Positions 28,164 through 28,367 of a stretch of DNA of 28,367 bases are shown here, piece after piece. Every line of letters begins with the position of its first letter. Position 1 is the first letter of the stretch. The notes below the pieces were generated by a model. It was not told the origin of the DNA. It searched no databases and worked only from the letters and a program-made list of their open reading frames with translations. The stretch spans positions 1 through 28,367 of the forward strand of contig JAQBYT010000047.1 in NCBI GenBank assembly GCA_027622665.1, written 5' to 3'. The stretch is from Verrucomicrobiota bacterium. GTDB lineage: Bacteria > Verrucomicrobiota > Verrucomicrobiia > Opitutales > Seribacteraceae. Made by a program: the position numbers and the translations under genes.

Positions 28164-28367
28164 CTATGATTTTAGTTTTTTGATGGGTGACGTAGAAAGC
28201 ATTCTTTCCAAAAGGTTCTCCCACTGAAGCTCATTGACTTCGTGCAACTCCTTGCCTTCCAGTCGCAACCCCTCGAAAGAGCCCTCCTTCAGCAGCCCTT
28301 CCGATTCAAGCAGACCTTGCTTAAAGGACTTAGTGCCAAGCGCCCACCCCCGGCACATTTTGCAAAG
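28164..28367 (-). mobile_element. Probable transposase fragment (REP-associated tyrosine/IS200-like Y1 family, region after the catalytic domain); partial at the edge and apparently 3'-truncated
   Basis: Frame is open to the window edge. CRGWALGTKSFK resembles, from memory, the GWALG..F segment of RAYT-like transposases. The catalytic HUH motif is not in the window. Confidence 0.55.

Noticed and set aside
1..28367. CRISPR arrays, tRNA/rRNA genes, tandem repeat arrays, prophage or defence genes
   Set aside because: None seen by eye; a computational repeat and covariance-model scan would be needed to exclude degenerate cases.

Overview
Bacterial chromosomal window of about 50% GC (by eye). Gene content and protein families suggest Verrucomicrobiota (Opitutales-like) or another PVC lineage; this is an inference. 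Left to right: an AT-rich, 5'-truncated glycosyltransferase; an unusual cNMP-binding/pseudo-receiver/STAS-like signalling protein; hemF-hemE; lpxK; a panD, class V aminotransferase, topB, FmdB-like, lipA, PhoD run; two divergent Gfo/Idh/MocA oxidoreductases; a START-domain protein; an S41 peptidase with a hidden compensated double frameshift; a sulfatase; a Ser/Thr kinase; a 716-bp intergenic region holding a strongly base-paired ~155-nt RNA-like element with a possible pseudoknot; a type II glutamine synthetase with a sigma54-type promoter and a terminator; YqgE/AlgH; a stand-alone cytochrome c; three hypothetical proteins; a trypsin-PDZ protease; a TonB-dependent receptor plus YfiR pair without the usual downstream sensor; and a transposase-like fragment at the right edge. 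No CRISPR array, tRNA or rRNA was seen. The best novelty candidates are the intergenic structured RNA (19293-19446) and the cNMP-pseudoREC-STAS protein. All family calls come from motif recognition by eye; no database searches were run.
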